From: Peptococcaceae bacterium UBA5757
GTDB taxonomy: Bacteria > Bacillota > Dehalobacteriia > UBA4068
DNA: 64,000 bases
Direction of reading: 5' to 3'
NCBI GenBank assembly: GCA_002418965.1
Contig: DIFD01000018.1
Location: forward strand, 289,834 to 353,833
The notes under the pieces are model-generated. The model made no database searches. It was not told the DNA's origin and saw only the letters and a program-made list of their open reading frames with translations. Position numbers and translations under genes: made by a program. Below are positions 1 to 9,690 of the stretch, piece by piece; the stretch's first letter is position 1; every line of letters begins with the position of its first letter.

Positions 1-2466
1 TAATTTTACTGAAGTGATGTCTTCGCGTTCCGTCTCCATCTGTTCTTGCTTGTGCTGCCAAGTTTGCTCTAAAGAACGTACCGTTTCTTCCAAATCCTCG
101 CTTTGCTTTTGCCGGGCTTCGATCTCCTCGACCAGTTCTTCCTGACGAGAGAGAATATCATCCTGCTGCGCCATAATGGAGCGCCTTTCTTCAAAGATGG
201 TATCCAGCTGATAACGGTTGGCTTTATAGGCTACGGCGCAAGTGTCTTTTTCTTTTTGCAGCGCATTGTTGGCCTCTTGTTTTTTGGCAATCGCCTCCTG
301 GCAAGACCTGATCTGTTCGGCGATATCTGCGGCTTGCCCGCGGATGGCGATCAGTTTATTTTCCCATTCAGCCAATGTTTCATCCATCTGACTCAAATCT
401 TTTTGGGCCTGTTCCAAGAGATTCTTTTTGCTTAAGATATCACTGTTCTTTTTATTTTTGCTGCCCCCCGTCAAAGTGCCGCCGGGATTAACCATATCAC
501 CGTCTAATGTAACTATGCTGCAACGGTAACCGAGAGTTTTAGCGGATACGGTCGCCGTATTCATATCTTCTACAACCAAAAGATGGTCCAGCAAAAAATT
601 AACGGCAGGACGAACCTGGTCCTCGCAGATGACCAGTTCCGAAGCCCGGCCATAACTACCCTTTTGATTTTTGACAGCGGATAAATCCAGTCTGGGACGT
701 AAGGTTAAGGTATCCAGCGGCAAAAAAGTCGCCCGACCCAACTGGTTATTTTTAAGATAGGCAATAGCCGACTTAGCAGATTTTTCCGTCTGGGTAACGA
801 TATTTTGCAGATTGGCACCTAAATAGGTTTCAATGGCGTTCTGAAATTCGGAAGGAACATCTATTAGTTGGGAGAAGACATCGATAACTCCGGATACTTC
901 TGTCACACTTTTTTGTTTGGCTAATAAAACGCCACGCACACCGGGGAAGAATCCATCGTAACTCTGAAACATTTCCTGCATCATATGGACTCGCGTTTGC
1001 AGGGCATGGTGTTGGTAACGGCAGCTTGTCTCGTTTTCCGCCACTTGATGGCGCTCGTCGTTGATCCGCTTTTGAGTTTTTTCATAGGCCGATAGCTCAC
1101 CCGATAAATGGCGTAAGTCCCCATCGTTTTCTTTCATCTGTGCATCCAAAGATGCCAGCTGTTTTTCCAAGTCCAGTAAAGATTCTTCGATTTGCTCTTT
1201 TTGCTGGTCCATGCGCAAGACGGACTGCTGATGATTGGAGAGTAACTGATCCTGATAACGGCTTTTATTGCGGCGGTCGGCCAGTTCGTTGGCAATCTCA
1301 AAGGCATCCTCTTTGCTTTTTTTTAGCTTCTCTTCTAAAAAGGTCACAGCCTGCCGGCGCTTTTGCGCGTCCCCCTCACCGGTCATAATTTCGACTTCCA
1401 TGGCCTGGACCTGATCTTTTTCCTGAGCAAGGTTTGTTTGGCAATCATTGAGTTCTTTTTGCTTAATAAGCGCTTGTTCTTCCAACTGTTGCAACTCTTT
1501 TGCCAAACGCTCTTTGTTTTCCGTTTTATTCTGGTGGTTTCCCTGAGTAACCCCCATCTGAGCCAGAATCCGCTCCCGCTGGGTCTGCATTTGATAATAT
1601 TCTTTTTGCAGGTCGGCAACTTCGGCATCAAGCCCGTCGATCAACATCCGTAATTGTTCCATTTGTGCCTGGTTATTATGTAGTCCCGTTTCTGTTTCGA
1701 TGAGACTATGCTCGTTCTGGCTCATCTCCTCTTCAACTTGGGTCAATTTATCTTTGGTCTCTTTCAAAACCTGCACGGAAATAGCAATCTGCAGACAGTC
1801 TGCCGTTTGTTTCATTTCCTGATATTGCAAAGCTTTTTCCGACTGCTCGCTCAAAGGACCGACGCGATCGGCAAGTTCAACGATAATATCACTGATACGT
1901 TCCAGATGACGTTCGGTTTCCAAAAGTTTGCGTACAGCTTCACGCTTGCGGTTCCTATATTTGATGATCCCTGCGGCGTCTTCCACCAGAACACGACGGT
2001 CCTCGGGATGGGCGGAAATGATCTCGTTGATCTTGCCCTGGCTGATGAGGGAAACCCCCTCCAAACCGATGCCGGTATCCACAAAAAGCTGGTAAATATC
2101 TTTAAGACGGCAGGATTTTTGGTTGATCAAATACTCACTCTGGCCGGAACGGAAGGTCCGCCTGGTTACGGCAATCTCGGAAAAAGGCTGGGATAAATAA
2201 CCGTCGCTGTTATCCAGCGTAATCGTCACTTCAGCCATGCCCAACGGTTTACGGTTTTTAGACCCGGAAAAGATCACGTCTTCCAGCTTGCTTCCGCGCA
2301 AAGACCGCGCGCTTTGTTCTCCCAAAACCCAGCGCAAGGCATCGGAAATATTGCTCTTGCCGCTGCCGTTGGGGCCAACGATGCAAGAGATTCCCTCTTC
2401 AAAGGAGATTTTTGTCTTATCCGTAAAAGATTTGAAGCCAAACAAATCAATCTGTTTAAGATACAT
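1..2466 (-). CDS. smc: Chromosome segregation protein SMC (N-terminal part; runs off the window edge)
   Basis: Manual translation from ATG at 2466: MYLKQIDLFGFKSF...GISCIVGPNGSGKSNISDALRWVLGEQSARSLRG (Walker A, SMC N-terminal signature), then coiled coil; GGGAGG RBS. Absent from the ORF track because the stop lies outside the window. Confidence 0.97.
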   Translation of the reverse strand, partial: MYLKQIDLFGFKSFTDKTKISFEEGISCIVGPNGSGKSNISDALRWVLGEQSARSLRGSKLEDVIFSGSKNRKPLGMAEVTITLDNSDGYLSQPFSEIAVTRRTFRSGQSEYLINQKSCRLKDIYQLFVDTGIGLEGVSLISQGKINEIISAHPEDRRVLVEDAAGIIKYRNRKREAVRKLLETERHLERISDIIVELADRVGPLSEQSEKALQYQEMKQTADCLQIAISVQVLKETKDKLTQVEEEMSQNEHSLIETETGLHNNQAQMEQLRMLIDGLDAEVADLQKEYYQMQTQRERILAQMGVTQGNHQNKTENKERLAKELQQLEEQALIKQKELNDCQTNLAQEKDQVQAMEVEIMTGEGDAQKRRQAVTFLEEKLKKSKEDAFEIANELADRRNKSRYQDQLLSNHQQSVLRMDQQKEQIEESLLDLEKQLASLDAQMKENDGDLRHLSGELSAYEKTQKRINDERHQVAENETSCRYQHHALQTRVHMMQEMFQSYDGFFPGVRGVLLAKQKSVTEVSGVIDVFSQLIDVPSEFQNAIETYLGANLQNIVTQTEKSAKSAIAYLKNNQLGRATFLPLDTLTLRPRLDLSAVKNQKGSYGRASELVICEDQVRPAVNFLLDHLLVVEDMNTATVSAKTLGYRCSIVTLDGDMVNPGGTLTGGSKNKKNSDILSKKNLLEQAQKDLSQMDETLAEWENKLIAIRGQAADIAEQIRSCQEAIAKKQEANNALQKEKDTCAVAYKANRYQLDTIFEERRSIMAQQDDILSRQEELVEEIEARQKQSEDLEETVRSLEQTWQHKQEQMETEREDITSVKL

Positions 2467-2538
2467 GGTTTCCTCCCGCCCGCAACCTATGAAATGAATC
2501 CCAGGGAATACCCTACAATATTAATATTGTACCACAAA

Positions 2539-2580
2539 ATATGGCTGAAAGGCAATAATAATAATGCCTTTTAGCCATAT
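2539..2580 (-). terminator. Intrinsic terminator-like hairpin between the radical SAM gene and smc
   Basis: 16-bp stem ATATGGCTGAAAGGCA / TGCCTTTTAGCCATAT (one mismatch), followed by a short T-run on the minus strand; abuts a TGTGGTACAAT extended -10 upstream of smc. Confidence 0.6.
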
Positions 2581-2588
2581 ATCTAGAG

Positions 2589-3674
2589 TTATGACAATCT
2601 CTCGGCATAGCTTTGTAAAAAATCCTGCTGCGATAAAATCTGCATCTCTTGCGCTCCTGCTGGCAAAAATGCCAATTCCCCGGCAGTAAGTACACTTTGA
2701 CAGGAGAGGACCACATTTGAATAACACTCCGACAGCCATTGGCGGTTACTCTTATTCTGTCCGACTACCTGCTCCATATCGCCAGGAAAAGCGTAAAGCT
2801 TCCCTTCTTTTTGCCCTTGCAACAGCATCTCCATCTGCCGACGCCGCAATTCGGACCAGACCAAGTTACCAAACGCCGCATGGTAAGGTCCACATAAAAC
2901 GGCGGCTTCCGTTTCTTTGGAAGGATTCAAGCCCATGCGGATTAATTCAACCCCTGCGGCTAAAAACAAAATCGCCATATCGCAACAAACATCCACAGCC
3001 CGGGTAAGCATTTGCGGCTCATATTGCCCCTGCTGCCATAAATCCGCTAAAAGGGTATCCTTTAACACCACGGTCGGATAGATGCGAGCCATGTCGCACC
3101 CAGTATTAACGGCAATTTTAGCCGACTGGAGACTCTTTTGCGCCGTGTCGGCAGGAAGTCCCGTCATCAGCTGCACACCGAGCCTAAAACCGTGCCGTTT
3201 GACTCTCAGGCATGCTTCATAGGCCGTTTTGGCATCATAATGACGACCGGAGCACTCCAAAACATCATCAAAAAACGATTGAATTCCTAATTCTATTGTC
3301 TTTACGCCATAAGAGGATAAAAAATCCAACTCATCATCATCCACGAAATCCGGCCTCGTGGAAATACGGATGGAGCTGATTTTTCCCTCTGCAATACCGG
3401 CTATCGCTACTTCCAAATATTTTTTTTGTCGTTCTTGGGGCAAAGCGGAAAATGTCCCCCCATAAAAAGCAACCTGAGGCTTTTCTTTTCCAGTATATTC
3501 AAAAATTGTAGCTTTTATCTGCTCTTGGCTGGGGCTTTGAGCTTGACTGCTAATCACTCTTTGGTCACAAAAAACACAAGCCCCGGGGCAACCTTCCATA
3601 GGGATAAAAAAAGGCAAAATATGCCTTTTGCCTTTTTGTTTCTTGCTGACATTTTTAGGTTGTACCGGCCTCAT
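2589..3674 (-). CDS. Elp3/MiaB/NifB-like radical SAM protein (YhcC-like)
   Basis: GCPGACVFCDQ (CxxxCxxC), FYGGTF, STRPD, IELGIQS motifs; usual position between rnc and smc in Clostridia. Confidence 0.88.
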   Translation of the reverse strand: MRPVQPKNVSKKQKGKRHILPFFIPMEGCPGACVFCDQRVISSQAQSPSQEQIKATIFEYTGKEKPQVAFYGGTFSALPQERQKKYLEVAIAGIAEGKISSIRISTRPDFVDDDELDFLSSYGVKTIELGIQSFFDDVLECSGRHYDAKTAYEACLRVKRHGFRLGVQLMTGLPADTAQKSLQSAKIAVNTGCDMARIYPTVVLKDTLLADLWQQGQYEPQMLTRAVDVCCDMAILFLAAGVELIRMGLNPSKETEAAVLCGPYHAAFGNLVWSELRRRQMEMLLQGQKEGKLYAFPGDMEQVVGQNKSNRQWLSECYSNVVLSCQSVLTAGELAFLPAGAQEMQILSQQDFLQSYAERLS

Positions 3675-3685
3675 CTTGATCCCTC

Positions 3686-4477
3686 TTAACCATTATGGGT
3701 ATTCTTTTTATTAACGATTTTTTTATGACTTTTATCCAACAAAACGGGCAACCATTGATCCATATTTTGAATAGCGTCTTTCGCTGCTTCCTGCTGGCTG
3801 CATTTTTTAGAGTTGCCGCTGCCTTTGCCTAGGATAAGGTCACGGCAATACACGCCGCTTTCAAAAATTTTAGCATGGTCGGGACCGGTGCTGTCCAAAA
3901 CCCGGTAATTGATGGAAAGTGGGCACTGCTTTTGCACCATTTCCTGCAACTGGCTTTTACTGTCCTCATATCCCTCCGCAACCAGGTTGTCCAACTCGTC
4001 GGCAAATTGCTCCAGGACAATCGATCTTGCGGCATCCATTCCCCGGTGCAAATAAACTGCGCCTAAAACCGCTTCAAAAGCATCGGCTAAGACGGAACTG
4101 CGTTCACGGTCACCTGCTGCGTCACTGCCTTTTCCCAAACGCATGGCTTTGCCGATCCCCATTTTCAACGCAGCATGAAACAAAGCCGACTCGCATACAA
4201 CTACAGCACGCATTTTTGTCAGGTCGCCTTCCCTTTGTTCCGGATAGCGTTTATACAAGTATTCTCCCACTACAAAATCCAAAATGGCATCGCCCAGAAA
4301 CTCTAAGCGCTGATTATCCAGATTGTTTTTTTCTCCTTCAAAAAAGGTAGGATGAGTCAAGGCCTGATCCAGCAAATCCTTCCCTTCCCCGGTCATAGAA
4401 AGTTTGATTGCTAAAGCATCCATGTTGGAAACAAAATCAATCTGCTGGGGTTTATTCTGAATCGAATGTTTTCCCAA
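3686..4477 (-). CDS. rnc: Ribonuclease III
   Basis: NQRLEFLGDAIL signature, ADAFEAVLGAVY, C-terminal dsRBD (GPDHAKIF, GKGSGNSKK); TTG start uncertain. Confidence 0.95.
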   Translation of the reverse strand: MGKHSIQNKPQQIDFVSNMDALAIKLSMTGEGKDLLDQALTHPTFFEGEKNNLDNQRLEFLGDAILDFVVGEYLYKRYPEQREGDLTKMRAVVVCESALFHAALKMGIGKAMRLGKGSDAAGDRERSSVLADAFEAVLGAVYLHRGMDAARSIVLEQFADELDNLVAEGYEDSKSQLQEMVQKQCPLSINYRVLDSTGPDHAKIFESGVYCRDLILGKGSGNSKKCSQQEAAKDAIQNMDQWLPVLLDKSHKKIVNKKNTHNG

Positions 4478-4513
4478 TTTTCTTCCCTTTTTTCTTTTTT
4501 AATTTTTATGATC

Positions 4514-4741
4514 CTACAATATATTATTGAGATAATCGGCAATCTGCCCGACTCTCTTAAAACCGGCTGCGACTTCGTCACTGATATTGACATCATATTC
4601 TTCTTCAATAGCCATGATAAATTCCAAAAAGACCAGCGAATCCAAACCTAAATCTTCAAATGTTGTGGCTTCGTCAATATTGTTCATATCAATATTAAAT
4701 TGCTGATTGATCATTAATTTTAGTTTATCTAGCACATCCAT
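4514..4741 (-). CDS. acpP: Acyl carrier protein
   Basis: EDLGLDSL phosphopantetheine motif; acidic, 75 aa; start reassigned to ATG 4741 after a GGGGG RBS. Confidence 0.92.
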   Translation of the reverse strand: MDVLDKLKLMINQQFNIDMNNIDEATTFEDLGLDSLVFLEFIMAIEEEYDVNISDEVAAGFKRVGQIADYLNNIL

Positions 4742-4817
4742 ATTGAAATCCCCCGCATTTAAATTATCTAATTCTACTAAAATATATGCAGATGCCAACA
4801 ATTGGTTTGGTTAATCT

Positions 4818-5804
4818 TTAAGAAATATTTTCTTTCTGTAATACTTCTTCGATTTTTTCAACAAAACGGCCTTCCCAACAAGTCTCGGCCACCCGCATAG
4901 CGTTAAAAATTGCTTTGTTGTTGGAACTGCCATGACAAATGATGCTGATCCCCTTAACCCCTAACAACGGGGCGCCGCCATATTCCGAATAATCCATGGC
5001 ATTTTTGATCTGCTTAAGCCCGGGCTTGATCAACCCAGCGCCTAACTTACGCAATGCACTTGAAGTCAGTTCCTTCTTTAACATGGAAAAGATCGCGCCG
5101 GCCGTGCCCTCGATGGTCTTTAAGGCAACATTTCCGGTAAAACCGTCACAAACCATCACATCATAACCGCCTTTGATCAGATCACGGCCTTCCTTATTGC
5201 CGATAAAATTCAAACCGCTTTTAGCCAGAATTTCATGGGTGGCGACAACCAGCTCATTGCCTTTGCATTCCTCTTCACCGTTGGAAAGTAAAGCGATACG
5301 CGGATTTTTGATTCCAAAATAGATCTGGCTATAAACGCTGCCCATGACGGCAAACTGATAGAGCATCTCCGGCTTACAATCGGCATTGGCCCCGATATCC
5401 AGCATGATGCCCGCTTTTTGTAACGTAGGAAGAATGGTAGCAATGGCCGGACGGGAGATACCTTTAATCCGACCCAATTGCAAAAGCGCGGACGTCATTT
5501 GCGCAGCCGTCGAACCGGCGGATATAACTGCATCGGCCTGATTATCCTTGACTAATTTGGTTGCAACCCAAATCGAAGAATCTTTTTTCTTTACTAAGTT
5601 CGTCACCGGCTCATCCATACCCATCACTTCTTCCGCAGGATAGGTGCTGATATTGCCCGGCAATTTGACCAAGGTTTCAATGATCTCTTTTTTCCCTACT
5701 AAAATAACCTGATGTTGCGGATATAGCTCCGCAAAAGACATTGCTCCTTGAAATATTTCCTTGGGGGCATGATCCCCTCCCATCAAATCAACGGAGATTC
5801 GCAT
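4818..5804 (-). CDS. plsX: Phosphate acyltransferase PlsX
   Basis: MRISVDLMGGDHAP, LDIGANAD, CDGFTGNVALK, ICHGSS; AGGAGG RBS before ATG 5804. Confidence 0.97.
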   Translation of the reverse strand: MRISVDLMGGDHAPKEIFQGAMSFAELYPQHQVILVGKKEIIETLVKLPGNISTYPAEEVMGMDEPVTNLVKKKDSSIWVATKLVKDNQADAVISAGSTAAQMTSALLQLGRIKGISRPAIATILPTLQKAGIMLDIGANADCKPEMLYQFAVMGSVYSQIYFGIKNPRIALLSNGEEECKGNELVVATHEILAKSGLNFIGNKEGRDLIKGGYDVMVCDGFTGNVALKTIEGTAGAIFSMLKKELTSSALRKLGAGLIKPGLKQIKNAMDYSEYGGAPLLGVKGISIICHGSSNNKAIFNAMRVAETCWEGRFVEKIEEVLQKENIS

Positions 5805-5907
5805 GGCACTTCCTCCTAATAAAAAACATATCCTAAAAAACAAAAACGTCTCTTTAATCTATTTAATATGATAGCTACTCCAAATCGTTTTGGCAAGTAA
5901 AACTTTT

Positions 5908-5946
5908 AAAAAAACAACCGCCCGAAAAAACAGGCGGTTGTTTTTA
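5908..5946 (-). terminator. Intrinsic terminator after rpmF
   Basis: AAAAAACAACCGCC...GGCGGTTGTTTTTT inverted repeat with A/T tracts. Confidence 0.75.
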
Positions 5947-5966
5947 TTTTAAAGTTCTATTTACAT

Positions 5967-6158
5967 TTATTTTGCTTTGGCAGCTATTTTAATGACCGGA
6001 CGGCCATTATAATAACCACATTCAGAACAAGCATGGTGTGGTTGTTTTGCTGCATGACACTGCGGGCATGTGCTTAAAGCCGGTCCATCAAGCGTATATC
6101 TTGCGGCGCGATTCATTCTTTTGTTTGCTTTTGAAGTTTTATTTTTTGGTACACCCAT
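5967..6158 (-). CDS. rpmF: 50S ribosomal protein L32 (Zn-ribbon type)
   Basis: MGVPKNKTSK...CPQC...PHHACSECGYYNGR. Confidence 0.97.
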   Translation of the reverse strand: MGVPKNKTSKANKRMNRAARYTLDGPALSTCPQCHAAKQPHHACSECGYYNGRPVIKIAAKAK

Positions 6159-6161
6159 TGA

Positions 6162-6692
6162 CTACACCCCCTTTAAAGAATCGTCAAATACATAATCTTT
6201 TAGTTTTTCCAGGCGGGGATCGATGGCGTCATCCCTACATGAACAAACAGTATTGTTTAAATTACTACCGCAATCCGAACATAAACCTTTACAATCGTTT
6301 TTGCACAAACGTTTCATCGGTAAAGCAAGAAAAACCGCTTGTAAAAATTCCGGGGTAAGATCGATTGCATTGCCCGAAAACAAATGGATCAAACGTTCTC
6401 CCTCTTCTTCGGGCTCTTCTTCTTGCAACGAATAATCTTCATCCAGTTCTACTTTTAGGTGATAAAGATACGGTTCCCCACAACGGTCGCAAATCAGCTC
6501 AACCGAAACATCAGCCTCGCCCACAAATTGCAAAATTTGTTCCCGTCTAGACAAGATACCATCCAAATGAACATCATCGGGAAAGGAAAAATCCGTAAAC
6601 CCATAGTTGCGAGGACAAACCGCTTCGCAAAGGTGAACTTCTATTTGCTCCAATGCAGCGCTTTTAAGCTTTTCCACCGAAATTTGTAACAT
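6162..6692 (-). CDS. yceD: YceD/DUF177 family protein
   Basis: CDRC and LPMKRLCKNDCKGLCSDCGSNLN...CSC...IDPRL motifs; directly upstream of rpmF. Confidence 0.92.
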   Translation of the reverse strand: MLQISVEKLKSAALEQIEVHLCEAVCPRNYGFTDFSFPDDVHLDGILSRREQILQFVGEADVSVELICDRCGEPYLYHLKVELDEDYSLQEEEPEEEGERLIHLFSGNAIDLTPEFLQAVFLALPMKRLCKNDCKGLCSDCGSNLNNTVCSCRDDAIDPRLEKLKDYVFDDSLKGV

Positions 6693-6790
6693 AAACGATT
6701 CCACCTTGTCAATTGCTATATTATACAATTGAAGTGTTTGTTTGTCAATGTTTTAAGTGTTGGCTAAATTTTATCAGTACTTCCCTTCTC

Positions 6791-8008
6791 TTAGGAATGG
6801 GAAACGATTTGCATGGAATCCCGGGCGATCATCAGCTCTTCATTGGTCGGAACGATAAACGCTCTAATTTTTGACCCGGGCTTGGTAATTTCCCGTTCAA
6901 TGCCACGACAATTGTTGGCTTCTTCGTCCAGCTCCAAACCAAACGGAGCTAAATATTCACAAATTGCAGCTCTTGTTTCTACACTGTTTTCCCCGATTCC
7001 GGCCGTAAAGACTAAAACATCGACGCCGCCTAACTCAACCATATAAGAACCAATGAAACGGGCAATAGAAAGATTTAACATATTGATGGACAATTCCGCT
7101 CGCTTATTCCCGTCTGCGGCAGCTTTTTCTACGTCGCGCAAATCGCTGCTGACACCGGAAACTCCTAAAAGTCCGCTTTGTTTATTAAGAAGATGGTTCA
7201 TCTCATCCGCGGATAAACCTTCTTTTCCCATGATATATGTTACAACCGCAGGGTCAATATCCCCGGTACGTGTTCCCATAATAACGCCCGCCAAAGGGGT
7301 AAAACCCATTGAGGTATTGACCACTTTCCCACCTTTAACAGCCGCCAAGCTGGAACCATTTCCCAAATGGCAGGTAATGGCTTTAAAACTTTCAACCGGG
7401 ATTCCCATCATTTCAGCAACGCGGTAACTGACATAACGGTGAGAGGTTCCGTGAGCGCCGTAACGGCGGATAGAATATTTCTCATAATACTTATAAGGCA
7501 GCGCATATATATAAGCGTCCGCTTCCATCGTCTGATGAAACGCCGTATCAAAGACGTCTACCATCGGTTTGCCGGGCATAATTTCCATGCAAGCTTTCAT
7601 CCCGATCAGGGCCGGCGGATTGTGTAATGGCGCTAAATCGATCACTCTTTCCAGCTCTTCCATCACATCATCAGTAATCAAAACTGAACTGGTGAAATGC
7701 GGGCCGCCATGAACCACCCGGTGACCGATAACACCAATTTCGTTCATATCGGAAATCACGCCATGTTTTTTGCTGGTAAGCGCTTCAACAACCATGGCGA
7801 TCGCTTTGGTATGATTAGGAATATCTTCTTCTACCACATATTTTTCGGCGCCGGTTTTTTGATGTGTTAATTTTGCTTTCGATCCGCTGACACCAATTTT
7901 TTCGACCAATCCTTTTGCCATAACACTTTCGTCCTTCATATCAAACAACTGATATTTAAGTGAAGAACTACCACAGTTTAAAACCAAAACGATCATTTTC
8001 TTTGACAT
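6791..8008 (-). CDS. ackA: Acetate kinase
   Basis: VLNCGSSSLKYQL, GHRVVHGG, APLHNP, FDTAFHQT, YGAHGTSH, CHLGNGSS, PTNEELMIA. Confidence 0.98.
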   Translation of the reverse strand: MSKKMIVLVLNCGSSSLKYQLFDMKDESVMAKGLVEKIGVSGSKAKLTHQKTGAEKYVVEEDIPNHTKAIAMVVEALTSKKHGVISDMNEIGVIGHRVVHGGPHFTSSVLITDDVMEELERVIDLAPLHNPPALIGMKACMEIMPGKPMVDVFDTAFHQTMEADAYIYALPYKYYEKYSIRRYGAHGTSHRYVSYRVAEMMGIPVESFKAITCHLGNGSSLAAVKGGKVVNTSMGFTPLAGVIMGTRTGDIDPAVVTYIMGKEGLSADEMNHLLNKQSGLLGVSGVSSDLRDVEKAAADGNKRAELSINMLNLSIARFIGSYMVELGGVDVLVFTAGIGENSVETRAAICEYLAPFGLELDEEANNCRGIEREITKPGSKIRAFIVPTNEELMIARDSMQIVSHS

Positions 8009-8075
8009 CCTCCTTTAAATTTAAACCTGGGAATTTGTATTTATTTTAATTTACTTTGAAACACTGGGAGCAGAC

Positions 8076-9206
8076 ATGAAAAAACTATTTTTGTTATTTA
8101 TTGTTTTTTTAACCGTATCCATGGCAATCTTTCCTTCGCAAACATATGCCGGGGCGCAACAAGGGTTAGCGCTTTGGTGGGAGGTTGTATTGCCTTCTCT
8201 TTTACCCTTTTTTATCTGCGCGGAACTTTTGGTAGCACTGGGAGCTATCCATTATCTTGGGATCCTCTTAGAACCTTTGATGCGACCGGTGTTTCGCCTA
8301 CCGGGTGGAGCAGCACTGGCAATCGTTATGGGATATACTTCCGGATTCCCTACCGGCGCAGCCATCACGGCTATCTTGCACAAAAATGGGATCATCAATG
8401 GAGAAGAAGGCTCTCGATTAATTGCTTTTACCAACAATTCAAGCCCTCTATTTATTATTGTTGGCGTTGCCACAGGAATCCTCCAAACACCGCAAGCCGC
8501 CTGGATCCTGCTTGCAATCCATTATTTATCCAATCTATCGATCGGCATCCTGTTAGGCCAAATCTCGTACTTTAAAAACAGATTACACAAAAAAGGCTCC
8601 GGCTTGGGCTCTTATGATATGCCAGCAAACAATTGGCCGATTGGCATCATGATTAAGAATGCAGCACAAAAAGCCGGAACAAATATTGCTATCATTGGTT
8701 GTTACATTATCTTTTTTTCCGTTTTGATTCAGGTCTGCGGTCAGGTACTTTTGGTAAGCGGAATCAGCCCTCTATTTTTTCAACTGATCTCTGCTTTCAA
8801 CATTCATCCGGATCTGGCATCGGCCTTTGCCAACGGTTTCTGGGAGATGACGCTGGGCATTAATGCCATCGGTGACAGCGTACTGCCAATCGGCATCAAA
8901 TTACCTATCTGCGCGGCCATCCTGGCCTGGGGAGGGATTTCTGTCTGGGCACAAGTCGCCGCCATGGTCAGTGGCACAGATATTCGTCTAAAAACATATT
9001 TTGTCTGCCGTATCATTCACAGTACCGTTTCTTTTTTTGTCGCCCTTTTGCTCTGTCGAAATATGCAGATTTTTCAAACTACTATGACAACAACTCCTGG
9101 CTTACCACCAATACCTTTACAGGTGTCTTTTCTTTTTTCTTGTACCGCCATACTGGCATTATTACTGCTTACAATTACAGCAAAACACAGACAAACTAGA
9201 TTATAA
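8076..9206 (+). CDS. ylbJ: Sporulation integral membrane protein YlbJ
   Basis: GLALWWEVVLPSLLPFF, GYTSGFPTGA, RLIAFTNNSSPLF, GFWEMTLG, WGGISVWAQV; polytopic hydrophobic profile; usual synteny. Confidence 0.88.
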   Translation: MKKLFLLFIVFLTVSMAIFPSQTYAGAQQGLALWWEVVLPSLLPFFICAELLVALGAIHYLGILLEPLMRPVFRLPGGAALAIVMGYTSGFPTGAAITAILHKNGIINGEEGSRLIAFTNNSSPLFIIVGVATGILQTPQAAWILLAIHYLSNLSIGILLGQISYFKNRLHKKGSGLGSYDMPANNWPIGIMIKNAAQKAGTNIAIIGCYIIFFSVLIQVCGQVLLVSGISPLFFQLISAFNIHPDLASAFANGFWEMTLGINAIGDSVLPIGIKLPICAAILAWGGISVWAQVAAMVSGTDIRLKTYFVCRIIHSTVSFFVALLLCRNMQIFQTTMTTTPGLPPIPLQVSFLFSCTAILALLLLTITAKHRQTRL

Positions 9207-9207
9207 A

Positions 9208-9666
9208 TTATTTATGATAATTTTGCAAATCATCTTTTGTTTTGCGGATTGAAAACATGGCTTTATCAAGATTCATTTCCAATTGCTTTAATAAATCTTC
9301 CGCATACGTAACCGCTTCTGCCCGCAGATCTGCAGCATCTCTTTCGGCTTGAGCCCGAATTTCTGCCGCCCGGGCTGTGGCTTCTCTTATGATTTCACTT
9401 TCTTCCACCAATTTTGCCGCATAAGCTCTCGCCTCTTCTAAGATGCGTTTGCCTTGACCCTCCATGCTTTCCAACAGTTTATCGCTTTGATCCAAAACCT
9501 GTCTGGCTTGCTTTATCTCCTCAGGCAAAGCTACATATATTTTATCGATTGCTTCCAAAACACCTTCCCCGTCGACTAAAACTTTGTTTGTCAAAGGGAT
9601 TCTGGAAGCTCCAGAGACTGTTTGCTCCAAATCTTTGAGAATACTATCGATATCCATTTTATCCAT
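9208..9666 (-). CDS. Conserved coiled-coil protein (DivIVA/ATP synthase b-like family usually found after coaD)
   Basis: SRIPLTNKVLVD...LPEEIKQA pattern, then heptad repeats; AAGGAG RBS. Confidence 0.8.
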   Translation of the reverse strand: MDKMDIDSILKDLEQTVSGASRIPLTNKVLVDGEGVLEAIDKIYVALPEEIKQARQVLDQSDKLLESMEGQGKRILEEARAYAAKLVEESEIIREATARAAEIRAQAERDAADLRAEAVTYAEDLLKQLEMNLDKAMFSIRKTKDDLQNYHK

Positions 9667-9690
9667 ATCTCTTTCTCCTTTTCTTATATT

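Noticed and set aside
103-2574. Plus-strand ORFs over smc, and similar opposite-strand ORFs over dnaK, thrS, pheT, recG, lepA and other genes
   Set aside because: Shadow frames of well-supported genes, with no RBS or motifs.
4290-4320. RNase III signature reads NQRLEFLGD instead of NERLEFLGD
   Set aside because: A common variant; the catalytic acidic residues are retained.
4514-5804. plsX-acpP-rnc without fabH/fabD/fabG/fabF suggested fatty-acid auxotrophy
   Set aside because: This compact order is normal in many Clostridia, whose fab cluster lies elsewhere; it cannot be judged from this window.
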